From assembly GCF_964188315.1 (NCBI RefSeq), contig NC_135657.1, positions 76,074,001-76,138,000 of the forward strand: a DNA stretch of 64,000 nucleotides. Reading direction: 5' to 3'. The position numbers and the translations under genes are program-made. The notes under the pieces are model-generated. The model was not told the origin of the DNA, did not search any database, and saw only the letters and a list, made by a program, of their open reading frames with translations. Every line of letters starts with the position of its first letter. The first letter of the stretch is position 1. Below, piece by piece: positions 47,537-60,403 of this stretch. This DNA comes from Podarcis muralis (Eukaryota).

Positions 47537-48749
47537 ACTCCGAATAGGGCTTATATTGAATACTATCCTAAATATATGTTTCCAGAGGTTTAAGTCCTGT
47601 AGTTTCTTCCATTTCTACGCCAAATAAATTCTCCCAACCATGAAGGAGTTCTTTAGATTATAAAATTGCTGTATAATAACCCCACAGGTTGAAAGAGCAA
47701 GTTGTAAGGACACTTGGATGGGCCATTTGCATTCTTTGATGCTAAAATTTTGATGCCAGAGGGCATTAACACTTTTCCATGGCAGCTAGAAATCTTCTTT
47801 GAAAATTAGCTAAAAGTTATTTTAACTTCCTTTTTAACCAAATGTAAAAATAGTATTTCTATCTGTGGTGGCAGCATAGGCACACTCCCATTGCACTTCA
47901 ACCGGACTGTGTCACTCTTTTATTGTATTAAACAACAAAAAGAGAAAATACACAAAGGAGAAAAACAACCACAAAATAATATATGTTCAGCAATAAGGAG
48001 CTCTTGACAAGGTAGAAGTAAAATGAAAAAGTCAGGTAAATGAAATGAATACAATTTTTAAAAAATCAAAAATACATAAATAGGTATAAACACACTTAAG
48101 TTACTTTGTGCAATGAAGGAAACAGGAAAAAGATGCCATGAAATCATATTTTGAAGGGATCGCGTCACTCTGAACGCCCACTTCCTCAGAGTGAGGCTTG
48201 GGGAAACACCTGGTGAGTGATCTCTCTGGTAAGGCACATAAGGCAATTTTCTTCCATTTGTCCTATGGAAGCATTAGCCCTGATATGCTTGTCTTGTATA
48301 TATCTTAGGAGTTCTGTGTTGACAACTGGCTATTATTTTAAGATAGACTCTTGGTTCCTTCTTATGCCACATTCCTGTGCAAATGGACGGCAGGACCACC
48401 TTTTGACTTCACCAATACAAAGCAAAAGCTAGTCCTTTTGCACCACATCCCATCCAGTTCAAGCATCCTTTTTCAGTTGGTATGAACAGGCTGCTTGGTT
48501 GCCCTCAACAGAACAGGAAGAAGTGATGCATCAGTAAATTATTGTGAGGCTGAGTAAGCCTTCTTTGACTCATAGAATGATGTAACAGTCTAAATCAGCA
48601 GTAATTGTTTCAAAAGCTACCTGCCAATCTTAATTCGCCATCTATTAAAAGAAGGTGAGAATTAGCAGCCAATCTTGGAAGGAGCAATGGAGTATAGAGA
48701 GAAAGTACTGTAGTAATAATGTGGTAGCCTCACTTGAGGCACAAATGGT

Positions 48750-49425
48750 GCCATAAAAGTGTCTGGCTTAAAACCATCTATAAAAAACGTCACTCTTGTG
48801 GCCTATCCCCACAACACCTACTCACTATGGGCCCCACTAAAGCAAACAGTCTAATTGGTCAACATCTAAAAGATATTGAGCATCAGAACAAAGTGGCCAC
48901 CATAGGAAATTCTGCCCTTGGTATGTTTAGTTTCCACCTCTCCATTTTGATTCTCTGGCCCCATATCTGCACAAACTTATTATCCCAAAATACAGACATG
49001 CTTTTATACTTACAAGACTGGATGTTTTGCCATGTGCGGTACTTGAGGGTCGATTCCAAAAGATCCAGCCTGAAAAATGTCTTTGTCCCTGTGGAGATGG
49101 TAGCACCAAAACAGCGGCACACGTCCTCCTGTCCTGTACTCTCTACAAAGACCTGAGGAACGAGATCATCACCCCACTCGTACTAACCATCCCAGGGCAC
49201 TCAACCACTGCCACAATGTCCTTTCTTCTATCAGATCAAAATGAGCAGCAAAGGTTGCTAGGTTCATAGCAGGGGCAATCAGAATAAGGGCCACTAACTG
49301 ACTGCTGATTCAGGACTTTAAATTGTGCTTTTATATCAAATTTTCTTTTCTGCGTGTACTGTAATGTTTTACTGTTGCTACGGCCATTGGCTAATGCAAA
49401 TAAAGTCTCTCTCTCTCTCTCTCCC
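48750..49425 (+). mobile_element. Decayed LINE 3' fragment with a Cys/His C-terminal domain (RTE-X-like; clade uncertain)
   Basis: Reads RHAFILTRLDVLPCAVLEGRFQ...CLCPCGDG...HVLLSCTLYKDLR, followed by AATAAA and a (TC)n tail. Confidence 0.55.
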
Positions 49426-52245
49426 TCCCCCCCTCTCCATATTTTTATGTATGTTTTTCCCCAATATGCACATTTTTGCAAGCAATTTCTAATGATATAA
49501 TGTATTTTTGAATGCTATGTTCACCAATGCATGCATTTTAGTGCACATTTTTATAAGGTTTCTTTGCATATTATTGGATGTGAGAACTGCAACACAAAAT
49601 TCAGAGAAAAACAACACTATTCAAAGGACAGCTGTCTTTTGGTTTGTGTATTGTTTCAGGAAGTGAGAATTAGGGAGTTACATACTAAATGCAAACCAAC
49701 CTCCCCTCCCCCCCAATTCCTAGCAACAAACTCCTCCTCATCATCATCTTGAATCCCTTTGCCCTTTATCCAAAGCCAAGTCCTGCCCAGTTATCCCAAA
49801 ATTAGGTAACAGTCGCATGCAGCTTTGTTGAAGAGACCAATATGTAAATATTTTCAATAAGATAAGTAGGTGCTTGAATGCAGTTCTGGAAGAAAACACA
49901 TACCTGATTAACTTTGTGAGGGGAAAGAAAAGCATGCGACAAAATTGAAAAGGAAAGGAAAGGAGGGGGGAAGGGGAGAGATATCTGTCGAAGAGGGAAT
50001 TTTTCTTGACAAAAGAAAAATCAAAAACAAATATTTAATGGGAGAGATAGAGATGGGAGTAATAGGAGCATTTTACCCTCCTGACATCATCACTGACTCT
50101 GAATCAAAGTATTTTAATGTGATGTTTATCCACTTATTAAAAGAGCTCTTTCTGAAAAAATGTCTAACATCTTACATATTTTTGTAACATCTTACAAAAT
50201 GTGTAACAACATACATACTTCTCTGGAAGTGCAAAAAGCTGTTGTTTTTATTTCTTTTGTTATAGAAATTGAACATACAATAAAGCTGTTTAGATTTTAT
50301 ATCACCTTTTTCTGTCATAATATGAACATATTTATCAATACTAGAGCCTAGTGATGCTGAAACGCTGACATCCCTATGATGCATAATCATACTTCTGTTA
50401 CAAAGCATAGCAGGTAAGGGAGATCAAATTAGGCCAAGGACATTTGGAGTGACTGTGTTTTAAGATGTGGGGAGGAAACCATTGGCAGGATTCCTTTAAA
50501 CACAAACACAAACACACACACACACACAACCCCAGGGGAAAACATAGTTATCCTTCAGGATTCTCAAAGTGAAGAAATAAACATCTAGTTCTGACAATTG
50601 CTTAAAGTTTTTAAATTGAAGAAATATGAACCCATATATTCACTTACTGCATAACCTCCATGAAAAGGCCTTTTTGAGAACTCTGAAGGAAAGAGATTGT
50701 TTCTGAAGTTTAAGATGCTTGCGATTGCAAAACAAAAGCTTCGTTTTCTAGGAGGAAGGACTGCCTTAAACATTTTCTTCCTCAGCTAATTAGGGCATGT
50801 AAATAGTACCTCTACCATATACAAATGCTTAAGAATAAACAAGTTCAAGGCCCGTGAGTGCAGTGGGAAACCCACATTGCAAAAATGTGTTGATATTGAT
50901 TTCATCTAGCTTCTGTTAACTGTGCTTCTTCTTGTGTGCTGTCAAACTATCGAGCGTATTTGTTGTTCAAAGGAATTGCATTGCTGTTTTCCAGTTTTTG
51001 AATTGGTTTAGGGAATTGTTGGTCCCTAAATTCAAGCCTCATCAGAAGCAGCCAGCCACAACTGGAAAGAGGTTGTTATTCCTGGTGGACTATTGGTCTG
51101 AACCAGGAAAGCATTTGTTTTGCTCCCACTTTGTTCCAACTTTGCATTGGCAGTTCTACCCTATGGTACATGGAATGCATGGGGAAAGGGTTGTGGTAGG
51201 AGGGTCATTTGGAAGCACAGCAGCAGGAATCATTCAGTTAGGTAACTTAAGGGTTAATTCTGTTGACATCCAACAAGAAGATGATGGTGTTGCTGCCTGG
51301 CAACCAGTCAGATTGGCATGATCCTTGCTGAGGCAATGAGTTCTGGCTGGCTGTTTAGTTCCGAGGGTGTTTTTCCTGGTTTGCTTAGTTGCTGAATGTA
51401 TTCTTGCAATTAACACGGCCTGAAGGAAAGACAGAAGCCCTCTGCTTGTATATTGTCATATTATGTGATGTTTTTTGTTAACTTTAACTAGTGAATTATC
51501 AGTTTCTTTTCTCTTTGGATTTCATTTGTTTTATTTAAATGATGTTGCGTGTGACCTCTGCACATTCATACCAAGATTTGCAAGAGACTCTGCACATACA
51601 ACTTGACCAGATGTAGGATCTTTCTCAATCACCCTGATCATGAATACAAAGCTTATATTTGTCAATCCTGTACAGATTTTTTAGTTGAATGCATGGAGAC
51701 CCTTGGAGGAAGGTGGGTCTGCCACTGAGCTGCCAATCACCCCTCCTCTGCTTGTTGGGTGCTCCCTGTTTGTTGTGTGAATGAGGCTCCCCAGATCACA
51801 CCAATACTTTCCACCTGAATGTATCCTGCCATGGGTGCGGAAAACAGATAAGGACTGTGCATCCATTTTAAATACCTGCCGAGATGACAGTATGATCCCT
51901 GATAGAATCAGATACACTTTCAAGAGTTTTGTGTATCAGTTTCCATAGTACCCAGTCACGCTGTATTAGCAGCAGATGAATTATGAGGGATGCTCTTCAA
52001 TCCATGTGATAAATTGCATAATATTGAAACACGCTGGTTGGATTTTTTTCAAATAACGTCATCAGGCCAGTTGCACAGCTGGCATAAATCAATATTAGCA
52101 GTGCTGAAGTCAACACTGTGCCTATTTATTCCTCTATGAAGTGAATTTTCTTTTTTTGTTTCCTTTCTCCTATCAGCTTCCTTCTGATACAACACTGATG
52201 AAATCAGATATTAAGGACTCTCCAGACCTGGACAGCAGCGATGTT

Positions 52246-52263
52246 GCGCCACCTAGTGGCTGA
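52246..52263 (-). promoter_or_regulatory. Candidate CTCF-binding site
   Basis: Minus-strand TCAGCCACTAGGTGGCGC closely fits the CTCF core consensus and retains its CpG. Confidence 0.55.
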
Positions 52264-52348
52264 AAGGCAGAATCTGAAGAGTGCACTTCTGTGCCCAGTT
52301 ATGTATACCACAGTCCATTTGTTGCAATGGCATTAAAACACATTAAAG

Positions 52349-52484
52349 CAGTGTTTCCCAACCTTGTGCCTCCAGCTGTTTTTGGACTACAATTCCCATC
52401 ATCCCTTGCCACTGGTCTTGCTAGTCAGGGATGATGGGAGTTGTAGTTCAAAAACAGCTGGAGGCACAAGGTTGGGAAACACTG
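52349..52484. mobile_element. Young hAT-type hairpin MITE, 136 bp
   Basis: Perfect 8-bp TSD CATTAAAG. Long TIR CAGTGTTTCCCAACCTTGTGCCTCCAGCTGTTTTTG is mirrored at the right end. Confidence 0.92.
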
Positions 52485-52588
52485 CATTAAAGAACAGATT
52501 TATTAAGGGCCTGTTCTCTCTGCCCCTTCTGCTGGTCTCTGGGCTCTCACAGGGCTTGTGCTATCCCTACTCCAGTGGGAAGCCACTG

Positions 52589-52593
<5 letters not shown>

Positions 52594-52646
<53 letters not shown>
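52594..52646. repeat. (GA)n microsatellite
   Basis: About 26 consecutive GA units. Confidence 0.95.
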
Positions 52647-52650
<4 letters not shown>

Positions 52651-53891
52651 GCTTGAGACCTTATGCATGCAAAACAGATGCCCTATCATTCAGCAATGGG
52701 TCTTGCTGTTGCTTGATCCTATATGCTGACCAGAGAACTATTGTTGTAGGGTCAGTGTTGCAGTCGGGCAATTTTGAATTCTGGGTGTAACAGCCTTAGG
52801 ACTCCTCTCCCCAGTTTAAAAGATAACGTGCATTCACTTGACTTCCTTCAACATTTGGAAAGGTCGCCCTGCCGCATTTGGAAGTTCACCAGCTTCTTCT
52901 GCTGAATAGGGCCCTGGGCGCCTGCCTCAAAGTCCTATCCTGATGACACCCATTGTGTCAGGTGGCTTATAAATCATTGAAAAATAAGCTAGGTTTCCAA
53001 AAAGAGACTAAGTGATAATGCCACCTATTATTTACATTTTATGGAACTCAACAGATGAAATAATAGGAAAAGAAGAGGCTAGTCCCAGATGCTCCAACTT
53101 TTTCTATCCAGGACACTCACCCCCATCATGCCACCGCTGCCACCACCACACCACCCACCTTGAAATTGTGCCCGTGGGCAGGATTACAGATGCACACCAG
53201 AGTCAGTTCAATTATACATAAATATATCTACTAGCACCTGTTAAAATCGAAACCTCTGATCCAGAATGCGCAAGCTTATGCCTTCCCTCTATATTTTGTC
53301 ACCTAGAACAGAGATGCATGGTTTTGGTACTTAACTGGAACTTCCTTAAGAATCTGAGAAATACATATCAAATTGGCTTCACTTTCATAGATGTTCTACA
53401 AGTCTGCTTTTCACCCTCCCAGAAGTTTAGGTGAGAAGTGATACAAAACAAGCACTTCAGATTAGCTCTAATTTTTATTTTAAGATAGTTCAAACCACCT
53501 GGCATTTAACGGAGCATTCATTTCTGAAAAATCCTTGCACATATGCGCCTCTATTTGGGATTTTTATTTTTAGGCCTCGCAACCTAGTTCTATTTTTGAC
53601 AACTTTAGCCTTGTAAAGAGGAAGGTGCAGAATGTAAGAGAAATGAAAAGCAGGCAGGAGAAGTCAAGTGGGGGAGAATGCAGAGATGAGTGGCTTTGGA
53701 AGCGACAAAGGGGAAGAAGCAGCACTATTGATGGAGCTGGAATTCTGCTACATACAGCTAAGAAAAATAATGCTGGTCATATGAGTGGGCTGAGCAACCT
53801 TTTGATGGCAGCACATCTTGCTCTCAGGAACACAGGAACATTGAAAGCAGTGTTATACTGAATCATATTATTGGTTTATCTAGCTCAGTGT

Positions 53892-54375
53892 TGTCAATAC
53901 TGGTTGACAGTGACTGGCATGAGGCCTATGGAGATGTCATAGAAGGGATGGTTGGCTCCTGAGGAGCAATGGGAGGAGCTGAGGGAGCTGGAGCTGGATG
54001 ATCCTGAGGAAGGTCCTATCAGGATGGGGAAGGTGAAATTGGGACCCCAAGAAATGTCCAAGCCCAGGACTAGAGAGCTTGATTCAGGGGTGGGGCAAAC
54101 TGGGTTGGCAGTGGAGTCTGCCGCCCCAGTGATATCCAGCACCCCTAGTCACCCCAACACCTGGTGCTGGGGAGCTGCCTCTTCCTGCCAGGGAGGAGCG
54201 TCTTCCTTTGGGGGAGGCAACTGAGAGTGAATTGGAAGCTGAACTAGAACTGGCATCACTTCCACCTCCAGAGACACAAGGATGCCAATGCTGGCACAAA
54301 CAAACCTTGCATGCGCAGCCCGCTTGAAGAGGTTCTGCAAGTAAAGCTTTGGATAATATCTCATGGGTCTGGACA
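53892..54375. mobile_element. Possible solo LTR (Gypsy-like)
   Basis: TGTCA...GGACA ends, a purine-rich interior resembling recalled lizard Gypsy LTRs, and near-TSD GTGT/ATGT. Boundaries are uncertain. Confidence 0.4.
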
Positions 54376-55342
54376 ATGTTTTATTCCAAAAGGAATCAGT
54401 TTTTATGCATCCAGTTGCTTCATGCTGCACAGTATCAATATCTGCAATAGTAACTGCAGCAAAAGACCTTCCACATGGCTTCCACCCTGTTGTAGAAAGG
54501 GCATACAACCCAGCCCTTCAACATGCTGAGAGTAGGCTGTGAATCGGGCTCTGCATAGGAACAGTACTATAATGCTTTCTCCAACTCCCTTCCCTTCAAA
54601 CCCACATGTCAAATGTGTTGCCATTTATGGAAAGCAGAGACCTTTCCTGTGCTTCACACTGAGAAACATGTAGAGAGACCTGCTTCTACTTCAACTGCCA
54701 GGGCCGGCCCTACTCTTAGGCAAGGGTACATGGGAGCAGCTGTGACATCCACTTGGTTGTCCTTCCTAGACTGCTATTCTTCTCAGGACACAGGACAGAG
54801 CTGTGTATGTTCTGGTTCCCCTAAACTAGGCTGATGCTGGTGGTCATTATCATGTCAGCAGTGTTGAAGTAAGATTTATGAGCTAGACCAATTAGGTGAT
54901 TTCTGCACATGGAATGGGAAGAGAGGTACCATCTTGTTCTTTGCCTCTGACAGCAAAATTCCTGTACTCCATATGGGTACCTACAAGATCTGTGTTAAGG
55001 AATCAGCATGGGGAGAATGGTTAAATCTCCATATATTTCTCATCCAAATCAAGGCAGCCAATGTGACTTTTTGAACACAAATTTAAAAACACCAGGAGCT
55101 CCAATGTCATGTTTAGTGTGGCACTGATTTTTGTAATGTAAGATGGAAAAGCACCTCTAGGAGCAACAAAATAAAACAGAACATCCCCATTACTTTCCTC
55201 ACACAACTTTGTTGCTGTTTGACAGCACCCTTCGTTGCTGACCTACATATGCCTAGAAAGGGTCGCAGACAGTGATAAACACTGTGCTGTCGGAAAAATC
55301 TCATTTTGGTGTTTCTTAAACAGAGCTGTCATGTATGTTCTT

Positions 55343-55348
55343 TTTATT
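55343..55348 (-). terminator. FHL5: Candidate FHL5 polyadenylation signal
   Basis: First clear minus-strand AATAAA noticed, about 360 nt past the stop codon. Confidence 0.35.
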
Positions 55349-55704
55349 AGAATTTGAGCACAGTATTGGTTTGTGTTGCAAGCTTGCACACTCTTGCACT
55401 CCCAACAGTAGAGTGCACTCTACCTACAAGGAACCATCCACCCAACCAATCAGTTAAACAACCAAACATGCTTTCAGGTTAATATATCTTTATAACTGTT
55501 TCCTAGCAGAAACCCTGTTATTTAAAGTGGTTATACAGGATGAAAGGGACGTCTGCCAGCTGTGTCAGAAAGTCTGTCAGGAAGCATTTTGCACAACTGA
55601 ACAATAATTATACTTGTTAGACAGATTTTTGACCACTGAGCAATTATGCATGTGATACTTAAAGCGCACGGAAATTAACAAGGTTTGCTTTCAGGTCTTG
55701 TGAG

Positions 55705-55856
55705 CTATGCGGTGCTCCCGCACTTGCAGCAGAGGATCTCATCCTGCTGGGTTAGGAATCCTTTTCCCACCAGTGAGCTGGAACATTTCCCACACTTAAA
55801 GCAGTCACTGTGCCACTGGCGATCCTCAAATGAGATAAATTTGGCTTCGCCGAGAG
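55705..55856 (-). CDS. FHL5: FHL5 last coding exon (LIM4 C-terminal part; absent from the ORF track)
   Basis: Acceptor TTTTCTCTTCATAG|, phase matches the preceding exon. Reads (A)LGEAKFISFEDRQWHSDCFKCGKCSSSLVGKGFLTQQDEILCCKCGSTA*, TAG at 55705-55707. Confidence 0.95.
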
Positions 55857-56167
55857 CTATGAAGAGAAAACATGGAGATGAAAAGTGGGGCTGTGAGTGC
55901 CTTTTAGCAGATCACAAAGGCAGTAACTTATGCTCTAATAAGCAAAGTCCCTTCCTTCTTCCTTTAATAAATGTCAAAACCTGAGCTAAATGAAGTGAAG
56001 CTGCCATACACTGAGGCAAATTAGTTCCATCTAAAAATCTAAATAGGACTCTCTCACCCCTTGTTATGTCATGTCCACTGAGGGCTCCCAGATTAAATAA
56101 AACTCCCAGTTATCCTGATATATGGAAACTGGAGAAAAATTGGATCAATGAACACATGTGATTCATT

Positions 56168-56430
56168 CAGGGCCAGTCCTACCATTAGGTAGATTGAGGT
56201 GTCCTCCTCAGGCAATTGACTTGTGATGAAAACGCAGCAAAACATCAGATACATAATATTCTTGTTGTATTCTTTACTACCAGGTATGGAGACAATGCTT
56301 TTGGGAGTCTCTGTCTCATGGCACCAAAATAATTTGATGGGTCTTTGGAACTATGCACCTTGGCCTGGTTGGGGGCAGGGACACCATTTGCAATTCCACC
56401 TCAGGCAGCAAAGTGTCTACGGCCACCCTC
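56168..56430. mobile_element. Decayed hAT-type MITE
   Basis: CAGGGCCAGTCCT ... ACGGCCACCCTC with flanks GATTCATT / AATTCACT (6/8). Confidence 0.45.
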
Positions 56431-56489
56431 AATTCACTGAAGGGTCCATGTTTTGACATGTACTACACTAATAGATGCTGACACAACTA

Positions 56490-56679
56490 CTGTATTGGCC
56501 CGAATATAAGCCACTCCCTTAAAATTCCGCAGGCACTCACACCCGTTCCTTTTTACCGTTGTTACAGCAGTGATATCGTAATAGCCAATTTTTGTAAGGC
56601 CGCGAATTTAAGCAGTGCTTTAACTTTTCATGGTCGGAATTCAGAAAAAAAAGTGAGGCTTATATTCAGGCCGATACGG
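56490..56679. mobile_element. pogo/Tigger-type MITE C
   Basis: TA | CTGTATTGGCCCGAATATAAGCC ... GGCTTATATTCAGGCCGATACGG | TA. Confidence 0.85.
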
Positions 56680-56685
56680 TATATA

Positions 56686-56918
56686 CCGTATTTTTCGCTC
56701 CATAAGACACACTTTTTCCCTCTTAAAATCTGAGGGGAGATGTCTGCACAGTGCCCCTTCAGCGAAGCGGCAGGAGAAAAGGAAGGGGCTTTTCTTTCTC
56801 CTGCTGCTTCGCTGAAGGGGTGCTGCGCAGAGAGGAGGAGAATTTTTTTTCTTGTTCTCCCCCTCTAAAACAAGGTGCGTCCTATGGTCGGGTGCATCCT
56901 ATAAAACGAAAAATACGG
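56686..56918. mobile_element. pogo/Tigger-type MITE D with internal hairpin
   Basis: TA | CCGTATTTTTCG ... CGAAAAATACGG | TA. Internal inverted repeat CCCTTCAGCGAAGCGGCAGGAGAAA / TTTCTCCTGCTGCTTCGCTGAAGGG. Confidence 0.85.
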
Positions 56919-57180
56919 TATTTCTGAGATTCAGAAATGGCTACTATGGGACCAACAATGTGCACATTTTAAGCCAGCTTCCCTGAGCTGCCTTGTCCTT
57001 TTTAATTCAGGATGCATATCCACAGGTACGCACTGCTTTGTATACGTAAGAAGATAAGAAGAGTCCTACTGGATCAGACCTAAGGCCCACCTAGTTCAAT
57101 ACTCATAGCCTTATTCTACTATGGATTTAACAGTTCACCATATTTGTTGGATACTGTGAATTATAAATCTAACACATAAA

Positions 57181-57540
57181 AGTAAAGGTAAAGGTACCCC
57201 TGCCCGTATGGGCCAGTCTTGCCAGACTCTAGGGTTGTGCGCTCATCTCACTCTATAGGCCGGGAGCCAGCGCTGTCCGCAGACACTTCCGGGTCACGTG
57301 GCCAGCGTGACGAAGCTGCATCTGGCGAGCCAGCGCAGCACACGGAACGCCGTTTACCTTCCCGCTGGTAAGCGGTCCCTATTTATCTACTTGCACCCGA
57401 AGGTGCTTTCGAACTGCTAGGTTGGCAGGCACTGGGACCGAACGACGGGAGCGCACCCCGCCGCGGGGATTCGAACCGCCGACCTTTCGATCGGCAAGTC
57501 CTAGGCGCTGAGGCTTTAACCCACAACACCACCCGCGTCC
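57181..57540 (-). mobile_element. Full-length Sauria SINE, second subfamily, CpG-rich
   Basis: Perfect 12-bp TSD CTAACACATAAA (57169-57180, 57541-57552). Minus strand starts GGGACGCGGGTGGTG and ends CCTTTACCTTTACT. Confidence 0.95.
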
Positions 57541-58359
57541 CTAACACATAAATTGGCCTAAAAGGCACATTTTTATGGAGCTGTGGAAAGGTGGTGCTTA
57601 ATTGCTTGCAATTAATTATGCCTGTAGAAGAAATTCCAGGGTCTGCTGTGTGTGTGAACTCACATATGCAATAGAGAGAAAGGTTATGGCTGATTGAATT
57701 TCCCATCAGTTTTGTTTCTTTCTTTGAATGACGGGATCAGTAATTAATTGGCAGTGTTACTCTTCAGAACTGGGACAAGAGGTCATTCAATTTGTTTTTA
57801 AAAGGATCCAGCTAATGGTCTTAGAGTACTTTTAAATAGCCTCTGTGTGTTTGCCAAACATTTAATTATAAGCCATTTAAGCACAAATCTTGAAAGCAGT
57901 GTTCTATTTCTGGCAAGATCTGTTCTTCAATTCTGGGAATATGAAGGTGAGGCTAAATGATTCGAGCATGACACACAGAAAATGCCTGCTATGTCTTTCA
58001 TTGCAGAGAGAATAACAGACACACCTGCCAGCCAGAGTTTCATAGGATGCTTGGCAATGCTAGGGTTCCCCAGATCAGAGGCTCTTACCATGGCATCCTT
58101 AAAACAATTCCAACTGCTGCTTAATGTGTTTATGTGTACTAGAAATTGGAAAGGGGAGGATGACTCATTTAGATTTTGCTTTGCTTTAAACAGTTGTGTA
58201 TTTTGTTGGTTATTTGGTTTTTCAGAGGCTGGGAATAGATGCCTTTCCTTTTGCACTCATACTCTTTGACCCAAAATGTGGATGTAAACAAGGCCATGTT
58301 CGGCGGCGCCACTTACTTACCATGGTAACTGCATTGGTGTTGCTATTCTCACAGGAACA

Positions 58360-58530
58360 TGGGAACGCAGGGAGCTGCCTTACACTGAATCAGGCCATTG
58401 GTCCATCTGGTTCAATATTGTCTACAGTGATTAGCTCGCCAGAGTTTTAGGCAAGGTGTCCTTCCAAGCCCTGTCTGGAGATGCTTGGAATTGAACCTTG
58501 GACCTTCTGCATGTAAGACAGATCCCTGAC
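58360..58530 (-). mobile_element. Old tRNA-derived SINE
   Basis: Reverse tRNA-like head GGAATTGAACCTTGGACCTTCTGCATG..ACCACTGAAC. A related copy lies at about 24190-24380. Confidence 0.55.
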
Positions 58531-58874
58531 CACTGAACTTGGGCCCTCCTCCTAAAGAATTCATTTTGGATCTGACCTTTCCCCAAGATGTTCAGAGGAA
58601 CATAGGCAGTTTCCTCTTCCATTTTTATCCTCCATAACCATCTTGTGAGTTTATTTTTAGTTTGTTTATTCATTTGATTTTTATATTGCTCCTTCTCCCA
58701 ACTGGGAGCCCAGAGCAGCATGAAATATAATTAAAATCATCTCATCATCACTAAATGCTTCACAGTGCCATAAAAAAATCTAAAACCATCAAGTAGTGTA
58801 CTAAAATTACAATCTAATATTTACAATTGGTGGGCCCCTGGCCATTCAGTTCCCAAAGGCCCGGGGTGAATTAA

Positions 58875-59455
58875 NNNNNNNNNNNNNNNNNNNNNNNNNN
58901 NNNNNNNNNNNNNNNNNNNNNNNNNNNNNNNNNNNNNNNNNNNNNNNNNNNNNNNNNNNNNNNNNNNNNNNNNNNNNNNNNNNNNNNNNNNNNNNNNNNN
59001 NNNNNNNNNNNNNNNNNNNNNNNNNNNNNNNNNNNNNNNNNNNNNNNNNNNNNNNNNNNNNNNNNNNNNNNNNNNNNNNNNNNNNNNNNNNNNNNNNNNN
59101 NNNNNNNNNNNNNNNNNNNNNNNNNNNNNNNNNNNNNNNNNNNNNNNNNNNNNNNNNNNNNNNNNNNNNNNNNNNNNNNNNNNNNNNNNNNNNNNNNNNN
59201 NNNNNNNNNNNNNNNNNNNNNNNNNNNNNNNNNNNNNNNNNNNNNNNNNNNNNNNNNNNNNNNNNNNNNNNNNNNNNNNNNNNNNNNNNNNNNNNNNNNN
59301 NNNNNNNNNNNNNNNNNNNNNNNNNNNNNNNNNNNNNNNNNNNNNNNNNNNNNNNNNNNNNNNNNNNNNNNNNNNNNNNNNNNNNNNNNNNNNNNNNNNN
59401 NNNNNNNNNNNNNNNNNNNNNNNNNNNNNNNNNNNNNNNNNNNNNNNNNNNNNNN
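58875..59455. other. Assembly gap (581 N) in the last FHL5 intron
   Basis: Run of N. It is flanked on the right by a truncated MITE end (…CTCGAGGTACCACTG|TA at 59575). Confidence 1.
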
Positions 59456-59617
59456 AATACAATCAGAACAAAACTAAAAGGGCGAAAGTCCTGGGACAAG
59501 GTTCTCAACTCGAGATAATTCCTCCAGGTTAGTGGAGTTTGTAACCTGAAGCGTTTGTAACTCGAGGTACCACTGTAGTTCATACAACATGCAGACACCC
59601 ATTGCTGACAGCAGCAA

Positions 59618-59707
59618 CATAGCTGTCAACTTTCCCCCCTTTTTAAGGGAAATTCCCTTATTCCGAATAGGATTCCTCGCAAGAAAAGGGAAAAGTTGAC
59701 AGCTATG
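59618..59707. mobile_element. Minimal hAT-type MITE, 90 bp
   Basis: Perfect 8-bp TSD AGCAGCAA; TIR CATAGCTGTCAACTTT / AAAGTTGACAGCTATG. Confidence 0.9.
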
Positions 59708-60403
59708 AGCAGCAACTGTATAGCTTCTCCCTCCCTCTCCCTCCCTAAAATGTAGTCCAATGTATCCATGTTGCAAAATCCTGTATTTTCCCATTCCAGC
59801 TGCCAATTGTTGACTACCACTGGTAGAGTCACTAAACATAGAATAGTGTGTTCAGCACTGCTTGCGTGGAGTTATGCCTGTGTAATGGGACTTCTGCTCC
59901 TTCTCTTCTAAGCACCTTCAAAATCTGCTCCAAAGGGTCCTCTAATCTCATGGAACAGATTTTGGGAGTATTCAGGGTGCTGCAGGGGAAAGGGTAGAAG
60001 GGGGTAAATTCTGCTACATGCACCAGAGAACAGCAGCATTGGATATGAACCAGGGTGCTGTGATAGCAAATAAATTATGCAAGATCTTACGGAGACGAAA
60101 GAGGGAACTAGGCATGTGGCCAATATTTTGTTATGTACCGTAACATTTAGTTTGAGCCTGAATCTCATTACAGCTCAAGAATTGTGGCAACAGGGCCACT
60201 TTCTCATGATCATATAAATGTCCTGTGGTAATAGTACTGCTCTCCAATTCACCATAAATAATTTTAGCACCCTGTGCTCATCCGTCAGCAATGCTGAAAT
60301 AAGGAGCACAAATGCTGCCAATGATTATATAGGAGGCTTGCTTCTGCCATAATGACCATCAAAATATGGACTGTATTTTGTCAGTTGGGTAGTCAACAGT
60401 TAC

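Noticed and set aside
50932-51416. 129-aa ORF or possible hidden exon
   Set aside because: Stops interrupt the other frames, and I recognised no protein or splice pattern.
53952-54529. Acidic ORFs considered as the FHL5 last exon
   Set aside because: No LIM pattern. The true last exon is at 55705-55856, and this region looks like an LTR.
58821-59598. 213-aa and 250-aa ORFs
   Set aside because: Artefacts of translating through the N gap.
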